Assembly: GCA_964436385.1 (NCBI GenBank)
Contig: CAYTCO010000002.1
Location: 12,720 to 76,719, forward strand
Origin: an uncultured Gammaproteobacteria bacterium
Lineage (GTDB): Bacteria; Patescibacteriota; Microgenomatia; Levybacterales; GWA1-39-11
Direction: 5' to 3'
Length of the DNA: 64,000 nucleotides
A program made the translations under genes and the position numbers. The notes beneath the pieces are model-generated. The model ran no database searches and had not been told where the DNA came from. It saw only the letters and a program-made list of their open reading frames with translations. Shown here piece by piece: positions 53,506 through 61,938 of this stretch (positions within the stretch are counted from its first letter, which is position 1; each line of letters begins with the position of its first letter).

Positions 53506-55212
53506 ATGGTTCACATAAGCTTCATAAACGAAATAATAATTCTTATTATTGCTGCATTTATCGGTGGATTTATTGCTCGCTCAATAAAGCTTCCTCCTGT
53601 CGTTGGATATATAATTAGCGGAATTATTTTTGGAATGGTTGGCAAAGCCTTCGTACCTTCCTACGATAATTTATTTGCACTTTCTCAAATGGGTATTTCA
53701 CTTCTCTTGTTTACGTTGGGATTTGAGATATCGCTCAAAACATTTAGAAGATTAAACAGGAAAATATTTTATATTGGATTACTACAAATAGTTTTGACAA
53801 GCCTTTTTGTTCTACCGGTGTTACTGCTTTTTAACTTCGGGTTCCAAATTTCAGTTCTCTTCGCTTTGCTTTTTTCCTTTTCATCAACTGCAGTTGTACT
53901 TAAAATTCTTGAGGAGAAGGGTATGGTTACAAATTTCCCTGGCAATAACGTATTCGTGGTACTTCTTATTCAAGACCTTTTTATTGTGCCGATTATATTT
54001 CTTATGCCATTGGTATTTAGTTCCCAATTTGAATTTCCGGCGAGTCTGGTAAATTTTGTTATTTCCGCAGCAAAACCACTTATAGCATTTGCTCTTATTT
54101 ATATATTTGGAAGGGTTCTTTTCTCAAAAATTTTCACTATTTTATTTCGTTATCCTCAGCAAGAACTTACTATACTTGCAACTCTTTTTACGGCGGTATT
54201 ATCTATTGGAGTTCTAACATACGCCGGACTTCCCGAGGCAATTGCAGCATTCTTTGCTGGGGTCTTAATATCAGAAGAAGGTAAAAATCTAGCACCTTTA
54301 TCTGCGATCAAACCTTTAAGGGATATACTTCTTGTTCTATTTTTTGTAATGGTTGGAATGATGATTGATGGGAATTCATTAATTTCCAACCTACCTGTTA
54401 TTGTCGTTACAACGACACTTATTCTGTTAATAAAATTCTTTGTTACATTTTTCATTTTAAGGGCTTTCAAATTTATTCCAAGTGCTAATATTTTTATATC
54501 CTCTTATATTGCCAACATTGGAGAGTTTGCCCTCGTTATTGCACAAATTGCTTTAGTTGCAAACTTCATAAATGTACGAGACTACGAAAGCTTGCTTGGT
54601 ATATTCATTATGTCTCTTATTATGATACCTGTCGTTACAAAGAGCACTAGGTATATCCACGAAAGATATAAAAATACTGCAATGGTCAAGAAATTTATGG
54701 GAGATTCGCATTTTTTCATGCGTTCGGCGTATGACAAAGTTGAAAACCATGTGATAATTCTTGGGCATGGAAGAGTAGGGCAAGAAGTTAGAAATCTGCT
54801 CGACATGAGTGAAACTCCATATGTTGTAGTAGATTTTGACAGGCGGGCTATAGATAGCTTGTTGAAAAATATGAAAAATGCACTCTACGGAGACCCTACG
54901 GATAGCGATGTATTGAAGGGAGCAGGAATCAAAAGGGCCAGAATATTAGTTGTAGCTCTTCCTGATGGGTTTACTCAAAAGCTTATTGTTAAAAAGGCTC
55001 TTGATATCAATCCCAAGCTTGTAATATTGTGTAGATCTCACGTGGATGAAGATAAGTATGAGCTAGTTAATCTTGGGGTGAACACAATTGTAATCCCCGA
55101 ATTTGAAGCAGGTCTTCGTATTGGGAAAAAAGTACTCGAACTACTTGGATTTTCCGACAAGAATACAGTTGAATTGCTCCGAAAACTTCGCAAGTTTCAT
55201 TACATACGCTAA
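53506..55212 (+). CDS. CPA2-family cation:proton antiporter with C-terminal RCK/TrkA-N domain
   Basis: 568 aa with about 12 TM helices, followed by a Rossmann motif, ILGHGRVGQEV. Confidence 0.8.
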   Translation: MVHISFINEIIILIIAAFIGGFIARSIKLPPVVGYIISGIIFGMVGKAFVPSYDNLFALSQMGISLLLFTLGFEISLKTFRRLNRKIFYIGLLQIVLTSLFVLPVLLLFNFGFQISVLFALLFSFSSTAVVLKILEEKGMVTNFPGNNVFVVLLIQDLFIVPIIFLMPLVFSSQFEFPASLVNFVISAAKPLIAFALIYIFGRVLFSKIFTILFRYPQQELTILATLFTAVLSIGVLTYAGLPEAIAAFFAGVLISEEGKNLAPLSAIKPLRDILLVLFFVMVGMMIDGNSLISNLPVIVVTTTLILLIKFFVTFFILRAFKFIPSANIFISSYIANIGEFALVIAQIALVANFINVRDYESLLGIFIMSLIMIPVVTKSTRYIHERYKNTAMVKKFMGDSHFFMRSAYDKVENHVIILGHGRVGQEVRNLLDMSETPYVVVDFDRRAIDSLLKNMKNALYGDPTDSDVLKGAGIKRARILVVALPDGFTQKLIVKKALDINPKLVILCRSHVDEDKYELVNLGVNTIVIPEFEAGLRIGKKVLELLGFSDKNTVELLRKLRKFHYIR

Positions 55213-55257
55213 ATATGGAAAAGAATTCATTTCCGATTTTTTTTACGTCCATTAATT

Positions 55258-56067
55258 ATGTTGCCTGAACGAATAGCTAGCTTTCTTTACCTTAAGATAT
55301 TTTTTCTGATTGTAGTGCTTGTTGTTATTGGGGCTGTTATATTTAAGTTGACAAGTGAAGTAACGGGGTCCTCATTTAGGAATAATTCCTTTTCTCTACT
55401 CATAGTCTCCAAGGAGTCAAAGTTGATTTACGTTGACAAGGAGGCAAAAAATGTCATGTTCTTAGCTTTAGGGGATATTGAGCGTTATGTTAAGGGAAAA
55501 AATCCACTTGAGGCTTCATTTGCGTTGGGGATTCCGATTAACGCCATTTTAGTCGATAAAAATCCACCTTTAAATTTAGGTGAATTTATCGATCCGGGAA
55601 ATGAAGTAAGGTTGATTTTTGGACAAAACGTAACATTTAAAGGCTTAAATAGATACGATATCTATCGAATTGCAAACGCAATTCGTGGTGCTGGAAAGGA
55701 TAGCAGGCTTGAGTTAAGAGTTAATCTTTTTGATCAGGACCAGGTGAAGGAGAAGGTTGGAGATTTATTTACTGATTCAACAATAAGAAATCAGGATATT
55801 TCAATACAAATTGATAATGGGACGACCATTAATGGGCTTGGAAGTATATTGGCTGTAATTTTAGGACGTGAAGGTTATAATGTTATCGCTGTTAGAACTG
55901 CACGTCCAGAAATTTCTTCATACATTGCTTTTGACGGAGAGCATAACTCCTATGTTGATTCTTTGAGGGGATTGACAAAATTTGACATAAAAAAAGAAAA
56001 AAGATCTCCAGCCGCAGATGTTACAATATTTCTAGGTGATGATATTGATGCAATGTTATCTCCGTAA
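55258..56067 (+). CDS. membrane-anchored protein with LytR_C-like C-terminal domain (tentative)
   Basis: N-terminal TM helix. The C-terminal segment IQIDNGTTINGLGSILAVILGREGYNV resembles LytR C-terminal domains. Confidence 0.4.
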   Translation: MLPERIASFLYLKIFFLIVVLVVIGAVIFKLTSEVTGSSFRNNSFSLLIVSKESKLIYVDKEAKNVMFLALGDIERYVKGKNPLEASFALGIPINAILVDKNPPLNLGEFIDPGNEVRLIFGQNVTFKGLNRYDIYRIANAIRGAGKDSRLELRVNLFDQDQVKEKVGDLFTDSTIRNQDISIQIDNGTTINGLGSILAVILGREGYNVIAVRTARPEISSYIAFDGEHNSYVDSLRGLTKFDIKKEKRSPAADVTIFLGDDIDAMLSP

Positions 56068-56070
56068 CGC

Positions 56071-56223
56071 ATGATTATTACTGTTTCTTTGATTCTTCTT
56101 GTTATTTCATTTCTTCTTGCTCTAAGGAGTCTCTCTTCAGAACTTACAAAATCCCCCCATTCAAGTCAATTACAACGGGAGCTTACTAAGGGAAAGCCAG
56201 TCTATTTAATTGATAAAGTCTAA
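56071..56223 (+). CDS. possible small membrane protein (50 aa)
   Basis: ATG 3 nt after the upstream stop. MIITVSLILLVISFLLAL forms a TM helix. Not in the supplied track because it is under 60 aa. Confidence 0.3.
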   Translation: MIITVSLILLVISFLLALRSLSSELTKSPHSSQLQRELTKGKPVYLIDKV

Positions 56224-56828
56224 AAAGAGGATTGGTTAAAGAATTTCTTGGATCTCTTTACTTCTTTTATGAATATGCTGACATTTTTTTCATCAACGCT
56301 CTTAATGCATGCTTGATACTCGTTACCACCCTTAATAAACGAAATAAGACGTATCCCTACGCTGTCTGGAAGCATTCCAATAAAGGTTTTGTCAGTTGTC
56401 AAAGCAAAAATCTTTGATCGCTTAATTGTAAGCTGAATTTCGTCTCCATGCTGAAGGCTCATAAGAGTTCTTTTGTCCGTAATGTTTGTTAAATCGACAG
56501 TTTTTGTTTTGCCAGCTTCTTGGATGAACACATTGTCCATATGATTGGTGTGTACCACAGCTGAAACGCCATTTTTCTGAGATGCAAGAGCGCTCAGTTT
56601 CTTGAGATTCTTGGTTGCAATAGGGTTGGTTCTGTCGATTTCGATAATACTTGTGTAAATTCTATGAGCGTCCTCAAATTTACCAGCCTGCATATATGCG
56701 TATGCCAACCGTTTCATTGTATCGATATCTTTTATCGAAGTTTCCAATAGCTCCTTGTTAATTAGGATTGCATCTTCCCAATTATTATCCAGAGCTAATT
56801 TAATTGCTTGATCTTTGAGGGATGTCAT
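56220..56828 (-). CDS. TPR-repeat-containing hypothetical protein
   Basis: 202 aa. The N-terminal 90 aa have a TPR-like A/Y/G pattern (AYAYMQAGKFEDAHRIY). Confidence 0.45.
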   Translation of the reverse strand: MTSLKDQAIKLALDNNWEDAILINKELLETSIKDIDTMKRLAYAYMQAGKFEDAHRIYTSIIEIDRTNPIATKNLKKLSALASQKNGVSAVVHTNHMDNVFIQEAGKTKTVDLTNITDKRTLMSLQHGDEIQLTIKRSKIFALTTDKTFIGMLPDSVGIRLISFIKGGNEYQACIKSVDEKNVSIFIKEVKRSKKFFNQSSF

Positions 56829-57012
56829 GGGGTAATTTTTGATTGTCCCATTGTAGATAAAACAAAAAAAAATGTCAAGAAAGAGTAAGCGAAACTGTGA
56901 TTAATGGTTGGTGATTAGTGGTTATTTATGGTCAATTTGACTATTATGCTGTATACTATCTCCTGTTCGAGAGTATATCTTAATCACCAATCTTCGAACA
57001 CCAATCACTAAC

Positions 57013-57732
57013 ATGTCAGGTCATTCTAAGTGGGCAACGATCAAACGCGCAAAAGGAATAACGGATGCGAAGAGAGGTCAAGCTTTTACAAAATTATCAA
57101 ACGCACTAACCATTGCAGTTAAGCAGGGTGGTGGGAATACGGATCCAAATTTTAACGCGTCACTGCGGATTGCCATAGATAAAGCAAAAGCTGCAAATAT
57201 GCCAAAAGACGGCATTGAGCGGGCAATAATGAAGGGTTCTGGAGCTGGCGGTGGTTCTGAGCTCTTTGAAGTGCTTTATGAAGGCTTTGCTCATGGAGGA
57301 GTAGGGCTTTTGGTAGAAGCAGTAACTGATAAAAAACAAAGAACTGTTGCTGAAGTTAAATCAACTTTGGAAAAAAATGGAGCAACTATGGCTGGACAAG
57401 GTGCCGTAAGCTACCTTTTCCAAAGAGTAGGTGAAATAATCATAACGACAAAAGGTAATGTGGATGAAATTCTTACCATTGCTATGGATTGCAACATAAC
57501 TGACTATGAAGAGGTTGACAACGTGATTGTCCTTTATACAGATCCAACCAATCTCTCAACTTCAAAAAAACACTTAGAAGAGGCAGGACTTAATATAGAC
57601 GATGCAGGGCTAATTTATAGACCTAACTCAACAATGAGTGTTGACGATGCGACTTCTGAGAAGATATTGTCTCTTATAGAAAAACTTGAAGATATGGACG
57701 ACGTACAAAAGGTTTATACTAACCTACTATGA
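57013..57732 (+). CDS. yebC: YebC/PmpR-family transcriptional regulator
   Basis: MSGHSKWATIKRAKG and GKAFTKL-like motifs, with the family-typical length. Confidence 0.9.
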   Translation: MSGHSKWATIKRAKGITDAKRGQAFTKLSNALTIAVKQGGGNTDPNFNASLRIAIDKAKAANMPKDGIERAIMKGSGAGGGSELFEVLYEGFAHGGVGLLVEAVTDKKQRTVAEVKSTLEKNGATMAGQGAVSYLFQRVGEIIITTKGNVDEILTIAMDCNITDYEEVDNVIVLYTDPTNLSTSKKHLEEAGLNIDDAGLIYRPNSTMSVDDATSEKILSLIEKLEDMDDVQKVYTNLL

Positions 57733-58244
57733 TTATTTTGGGAATCGATCCAGGCACTAACCGAACGGGGTGGGGTGTAATTACTAAGAAGGTAACAGAG
57801 AAAAAGGATACAAAAATTACTTACGTAGGTCACGGCTGCATAATAACAGAGAAAATAAACACAATGCCCGAGAGACTGTTATTGCTTCATGTAACATTAA
57901 ATGAATTGGTTAAAAAACATAATCCTGACTGCTTGATTGTCGAGAATATCTTTTTTGGGCGCAATGTTAAGACAGCCATTTCAGTAAGTCAGGCCAGGGG
58001 AGTGATAATGCTTTCTGCAGCCCTTTTTGATTTACCTGTTTTTGAATATGGTCCAAGCACAGTAAAGTTAACTCTAACAGGTAGTGGTAAAACAGACAAA
58101 AAAGGAGTCCAAGAGACAGTGAGAACATTTCTCAATTCCAACGATACAGTGCTCTCATTCAATGGTAAGAAAGATAAAAAAGATTTCGATGATAGCGCAG
58201 ATGCTCTGGCAATTGCTATCCATCACGCTATAAAATTAGTCTAA
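57729..58244 (+). CDS. ruvC: Holliday junction resolvase RuvC
   Basis: ILGIDPGTNRTGWGVI, VENIFFG and C-terminal DSADALAIAIHH. ATGA overlap with yebC. Confidence 0.9.
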   Translation: MIILGIDPGTNRTGWGVITKKVTEKKDTKITYVGHGCIITEKINTMPERLLLLHVTLNELVKKHNPDCLIVENIFFGRNVKTAISVSQARGVIMLSAALFDLPVFEYGPSTVKLTLTGSGKTDKKGVQETVRTFLNSNDTVLSFNGKKDKKDFDDSADALAIAIHHAIKLV

Positions 58245-59041
58245 TGGATCGCGTACTTCGTCTATTTCAACTCAATAAACGCCAAAAATTCGTCGTTGCA
58301 GTGCTGATTTTGTCTTGTGGCGTTTTCTTAAGTGAATATTTTACCGGCCTTAAATTGGCATTGAGTGCTTTGACTCTTGCCATAGCAACAGACTTGATGC
58401 TTCTTTTTGTGTTGAGAAAAGACATAAAAAACACATTCTTCGGTCCCATCCTGGTGTTGCCCTTTTTCTTTAGTCTTGCTTTCCCTTTTTTCTACACATT
58501 GGTTCCTGAAAGATTACTAAGTAGACTTATTATTACCCTAATTTATGCTTTTGGACTCTATTCACTTTTTCTAACGCAAAATATATTTGCGGTATCGGGA
58601 ATAAGAACGATCAATCTTTTAAGAAGTGCTCGAATTGTAGCATTTGTTATAACTCTTTTAGTATTCTATTTCTTAGTAAATTTCATATTTTCGTTGAGAT
58701 TTCCGCCTCTCTTAACACCTCTTGTTCTGTTGCCGATCGCTTTTTTTATGAACATACAATCACTTTGGACCTATTCTCTTGATACATCTCAAGTTAAGGC
58801 TATAGCAATTTTTTCAGGAGTTATTGCCATATGCATCCTTCAACTGTCTTATGTCCTGGTGTTGTGGCCTGTTAACGCTTCTGTTTATTCTCTTTTTCTG
58901 ACAGGCATTTTCTATACATATTCTGGCCTTTGTCACGCGTGGCTTGAGAGGCGGCTGTTTAAAGGAATACTGTGGGAGTATATTTGGGTAGGATTTATAT
59001 CAGTTCTATTTCTGGTTATCTTTTCTAAGTGGGGAGTTTAA
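58244..59041 (+). CDS. hypothetical polytopic membrane protein
   Basis: 265 aa with about 7 TM helices. Its start overlaps the ruvC stop. Confidence 0.55.
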   Translation: MDRVLRLFQLNKRQKFVVAVLILSCGVFLSEYFTGLKLALSALTLAIATDLMLLFVLRKDIKNTFFGPILVLPFFFSLAFPFFYTLVPERLLSRLIITLIYAFGLYSLFLTQNIFAVSGIRTINLLRSARIVAFVITLLVFYFLVNFIFSLRFPPLLTPLVLLPIAFFMNIQSLWTYSLDTSQVKAIAIFSGVIAICILQLSYVLVLWPVNASVYSLFLTGIFYTYSGLCHAWLERRLFKGILWEYIWVGFISVLFLVIFSKWGV

Positions 59042-59223
59042 GTGATGCAAAAAACTACCATTAACATCCCATAGTATATTAATCTAGTTAAAATTACTCC
59101 TTAATTTCTCCTACAAAATTGTCTTCTTCATACTAAATATTAAATAATAAATATTAAATATTTAACAACAAAAGCGGTGTGGTGAAGTAGAGGAATAGAG
59201 TGTTCTAAGTTCAAATGATATAG

Positions 59224-59252
59224 TTAGATATAGTGGTGTAGCGTCCTATAAT
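59224..59252 (+). promoter_or_regulatory. candidate promoter (TTAGAT-17-TATAAT) firing into the ORF-poor region
   Basis: TTAGAT at 59224-59229, a 17-nt spacer and TATAAT at 59247-59252. The -10 block GCGTCCTATAATA is duplicated at 59265-59277. Confidence 0.4.
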
Positions 59253-59541
59253 AATTAATCATGCGCGTCCTATAATACGAAAAAAGTTCGAAAGTTTCTT
59301 AGTGTTGAGATCATAATTGGGAAGTATGATCTAAACTTTAACAAATGCCTGCATTGATGTTTAGGCTTAGTAGGAGAGCCCCTCCTTACATGGTAAGCAA
59401 ACCGCACACATTCTATTCTAAAACGTGTACAAACAACCTCAAAAGTATCAAAATAGATCGATTTATCAATATAAATTGCGACAAAGACACGAAGAAGAAT
59501 AGAAGGGTTTCACGGAAAATGTGGATATCTTTTCACGGTTT

Positions 59542-60171
59542 TGAGGCTAGAGAATGTTTTTTGGCATGTTCTGAGGGAGCAGAAGCGGACGGAGAATGAC
59601 AAAGATAGCCTCGTTTTGAGGCTAAAAACGCTTCTTTTTGAGGCTAAAGTACTCATATAACAGCACCTCTGGCCCGAGAGTGAGAACAGAACACCCAAAG
59701 AATAGTAAAATTTAAGCTCAAAATGCGAGACGGAAAAGCTACATAAAATCAAGAATTCAAGTCTCTTGAGCGTAGTAAGTACTTCCCCGAGGGAGTGGTC
59801 GTTGTAGAGCTATACTATATGTCGCACAATAATACTTTTACGACATGATATGCACTTCTGAGGCTAAGGCCTTTTCGACCTCTTATGGTTTTAAATGCAT
59901 GAATTTCAACCCGAATTTCGTGTGCTGTGCAAAGGGTACAAATAGGGTTTTATAGCCTACTTTTCCCACTCGTAATGCATTGTTTTTACCCTCTTACTAT
60001 AGGTTTTTAATTGAGCATGGCCAGATTATGCTTTCTGCGGAGCTTTTTTGTTAGTTTTTCTATATTAAATAGTAAATATTTAATATTTGTTATTTAAGAA
60101 GAGGTAACTTTATTGCACCTTACTATTTCAAGGGCCTTAAATCGCATCCTGGAGGGTCTGGCGTGAGGCTA
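59542..60171 (+). repeat. five same-strand copies of TGAGGCTA(A/G)
   Basis: Exact 8-mers at 59542, 59617, 59639, 59859 and 60164, plus the inverted TAGCCTC at 59606 and the near-copy TGAGCCTAA at 60591. Confidence 0.8.
59581..59640 (+). terminator. two-tier hairpin followed by a T-tract (candidate terminator/attenuator)
   Basis: Outer stem AGAAGCG (59581-59587) / CGCTTCT (59629-59635). Inner stem TAGCCTC (59606-59612) / GAGGCTA (59618-59624) with loop GTTTT. TTTTG follows. Confidence 0.4.
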
Positions 60172-60182
60172 AAATAAAGATC

Positions 60183-60518
60183 TTACTCAATTCCAAATTC
60201 GGCTTTTTCTTTGTCTGAAAAGTACCAAAGTGGTTGCTGGGAATCGTCTGGAGCGACGTTTTTAAAAAATTGTTCCCAGTAAGAAATTTCCATAAAAGGA
60301 GAATCTAAATTTACATTGTTATAAGACAATTTTCCAGGCGCATAATACCTAGGCACAATAATTTCGACAACATTAGGTTTAAGCTCTTTTATAAAGGCAG
60401 TATTTTCAGCTTCGATTGCTTCAATTCTTTTAGACCTTGCTGAAGCTATAAATGGTAACTGTTCAAGTAATTTTATGAGAATATTGTACCACTTAGTTGC
60501 ATGACTTATGTCGCACAA
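60183..60518 (-). CDS. hypothetical protein (111 aa, TTG start)
   Basis: Protein-like composition, but a non-ATG start and no RBS. Its start sits inside the repeated 12-mer ATGTCGCACAAT. Confidence 0.35.
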   Translation of the reverse strand: MCDISHATKWYNILIKLLEQLPFIASARSKRIEAIEAENTAFIKELKPNVVEIIVPRYYAPGKLSYNNVNLDSPFMEISYWEQFFKNVAPDDSQQPLWYFSDKEKAEFGIE

Positions 60519-60601
60519 TGAGAGTAGGGTGCTTAATGTGCGACGCCTATTATCCTCAAGTTGACTACTTTCTTGTTCGGGTGCACAATTTGAGCCTAAT
60601 T

Positions 60602-60904
60602 ATGTCTGTAGAAGTAAGGATTGGTGTAGAGCCACAACAACTATCGATTGATTGCCCTCCTCCGCAATCTCCAGCCTTCATCGCTCTTGCTCCAGGCGAG
60701 CGACTTACGATTATTGCAAGTCCAGACGGCAATGGTTTTGAGCTTGAAAGACAACAAAGGCAAGTACATACAGAGTTTAATCTAAATAGAGAAATAAGTA
60801 CTGTGAATTATGACAGCGTTACTAAGCACTTGGCACCAAAAGAAAGAATTGTTCTGGCTACTCTTGAGGATAACATGCATTCAGTTTGCATAGAGGATTG
60901 CTAA
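60602..60904 (+). CDS. hypothetical protein (100 aa)
   Basis: Start set at MSVEVRIG; the track ORF extends to 60497 across the divergent region. No motif recognised. Confidence 0.4.
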   Translation: MSVEVRIGVEPQQLSIDCPPPQSPAFIALAPGERLTIIASPDGNGFELERQQRQVHTEFNLNREISTVNYDSVTKHLAPKERIVLATLEDNMHSVCIEDC

Positions 60905-60975
60905 GTGTTTCTAGTGGCTCTTCTCTTATGTCGTAAAACGTTGAATGATTCAGACTTGTAGTTTATAGTTTATCT

Positions 60976-61932
60976 GTGGAAGATAAAAAGACCCTACCCT
61001 CAAAGCTAGATAAACACATTCACACATACCTTGAGTATTTGGAAATTGAGAAAAACGCCTCAAAGCTTACAATCCGTAACTACAAATTCTACCTGAGTCG
61101 CTTTACTGGTTGGTTTGAGGCTAATCACGCTCAAAAAAACATAAATGACATAAATATTGAGTTAATTAGAAGATATAGAATATGGTTATCTGACTATGTT
61201 GATGACAAAGGAATAACTCTAATGCGTGTTACCCAGAGTTATCACATAATAGCACTTCGCTCTTTCTTACGATTTTTAATCAGAAACGATCACGATACTT
61301 TATCTCCTGAAAAAATAGATCTGCCAAAAGGTGAAAGCAAAAGCCTAAAATTTTTGGGGCGTGATCATTTGCGTGAGCTTATGAATTCAGTTGACACCTC
61401 AACGGAAAGAGGTCTTCGTGACCGCTCAATACTTGAATTGCTATTCTCAACTGGTCTTCGGGTATCTGAGTTATGTAGGCTTAACAGGGACCAAATGAAC
61501 TTCAAAACTCAGGAATTTGGAGTAATTGGGAAAGGTGGGAGAGCAAGAATAGTCTTCCTGTCAGACACCGCTATTTTTTGGTTACAAAAGTATTTTGAAG
61601 TTCGGGAAGACAATTTTCAACCTGTATTTATTAGGTACGCAAAAGGAATAGATCCGATAAATCAGGGAGAGCGGATGAGGCTTACTCCCCGCTCTGTTGA
61701 GCGAATTGTCAGTAAATATGTAAGGCGTGCAAAGCTCCCGGTTGATGCGACACCCCACACCCTTCGTCATAGTTTTGCAACTGATCTTCTATATAATGGG
61801 GCTGATTTGCGCTCAGTTCAGGAAATGCTTGGTCACAAAAATATAAGCACAACGCAAATTTATACTCATGTAACTAACCCACAACTTAAAAATGTCCACC
61901 GCAAGTTTCATCAAGGGAATAAAAGACAATAA
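60976..61932 (+). CDS. tyrosine recombinase, XerC/XerD-like
   Basis: 318 aa with a GTG start. The N-terminal SAM-like domain (YLEYLEIEKNAS..T), then GLRVSEL, HTLRHSFATDLL and LGHKNISTTQIYTHV (catalytic R-H-R-Y context). Confidence 0.85.
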   Translation: MEDKKTLPSKLDKHIHTYLEYLEIEKNASKLTIRNYKFYLSRFTGWFEANHAQKNINDINIELIRRYRIWLSDYVDDKGITLMRVTQSYHIIALRSFLRFLIRNDHDTLSPEKIDLPKGESKSLKFLGRDHLRELMNSVDTSTERGLRDRSILELLFSTGLRVSELCRLNRDQMNFKTQEFGVIGKGGRARIVFLSDTAIFWLQKYFEVREDNFQPVFIRYAKGIDPINQGERMRLTPRSVERIVSKYVRRAKLPVDATPHTLRHSFATDLLYNGADLRSVQEMLGHKNISTTQIYTHVTNPQLKNVHRKFHQGNKRQ

Positions 61933-61938
61933 TTTAAA

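Noticed and set aside
59520-59528. A DnaA-box-like ATATCCACA plus flanking AT-rich blocks as the chromosomal origin
   Set aside because: There is only one box-like 9-mer with a mismatch, and no dnaA or dnaN nearby in the window. The evidence is insufficient.
59345-59752. ORFs 59345-59599 (+, 84 aa) and 59510-59752 (-, 80 aa) in the ORF-poor region
   Set aside because: They have no RBS or promoter-coupled start, and their basic or Cys/Ser/Phe-rich composition is atypical. They overlap each other and the repeat and hairpin elements. I treat the region as non-coding, with modest confidence.
59542-60171. The TGAGGCTA copies as a CRISPR array
   Set aside because: The repeats are only 8-9 nt, the spacing is irregular (75, 22, 220 and 305 nt), and no cas genes are present.
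60579-60608. GGTGCACAATTTGAGCCTAATTATGTCTG as a dif-like Xer site upstream of the recombinase
   Set aside because: The arms resemble GGTGCGCATAA and TTATGT only loosely. The central region would be about 9 nt instead of 6-8. The site also overlaps the probable start of the 100-aa ORF.
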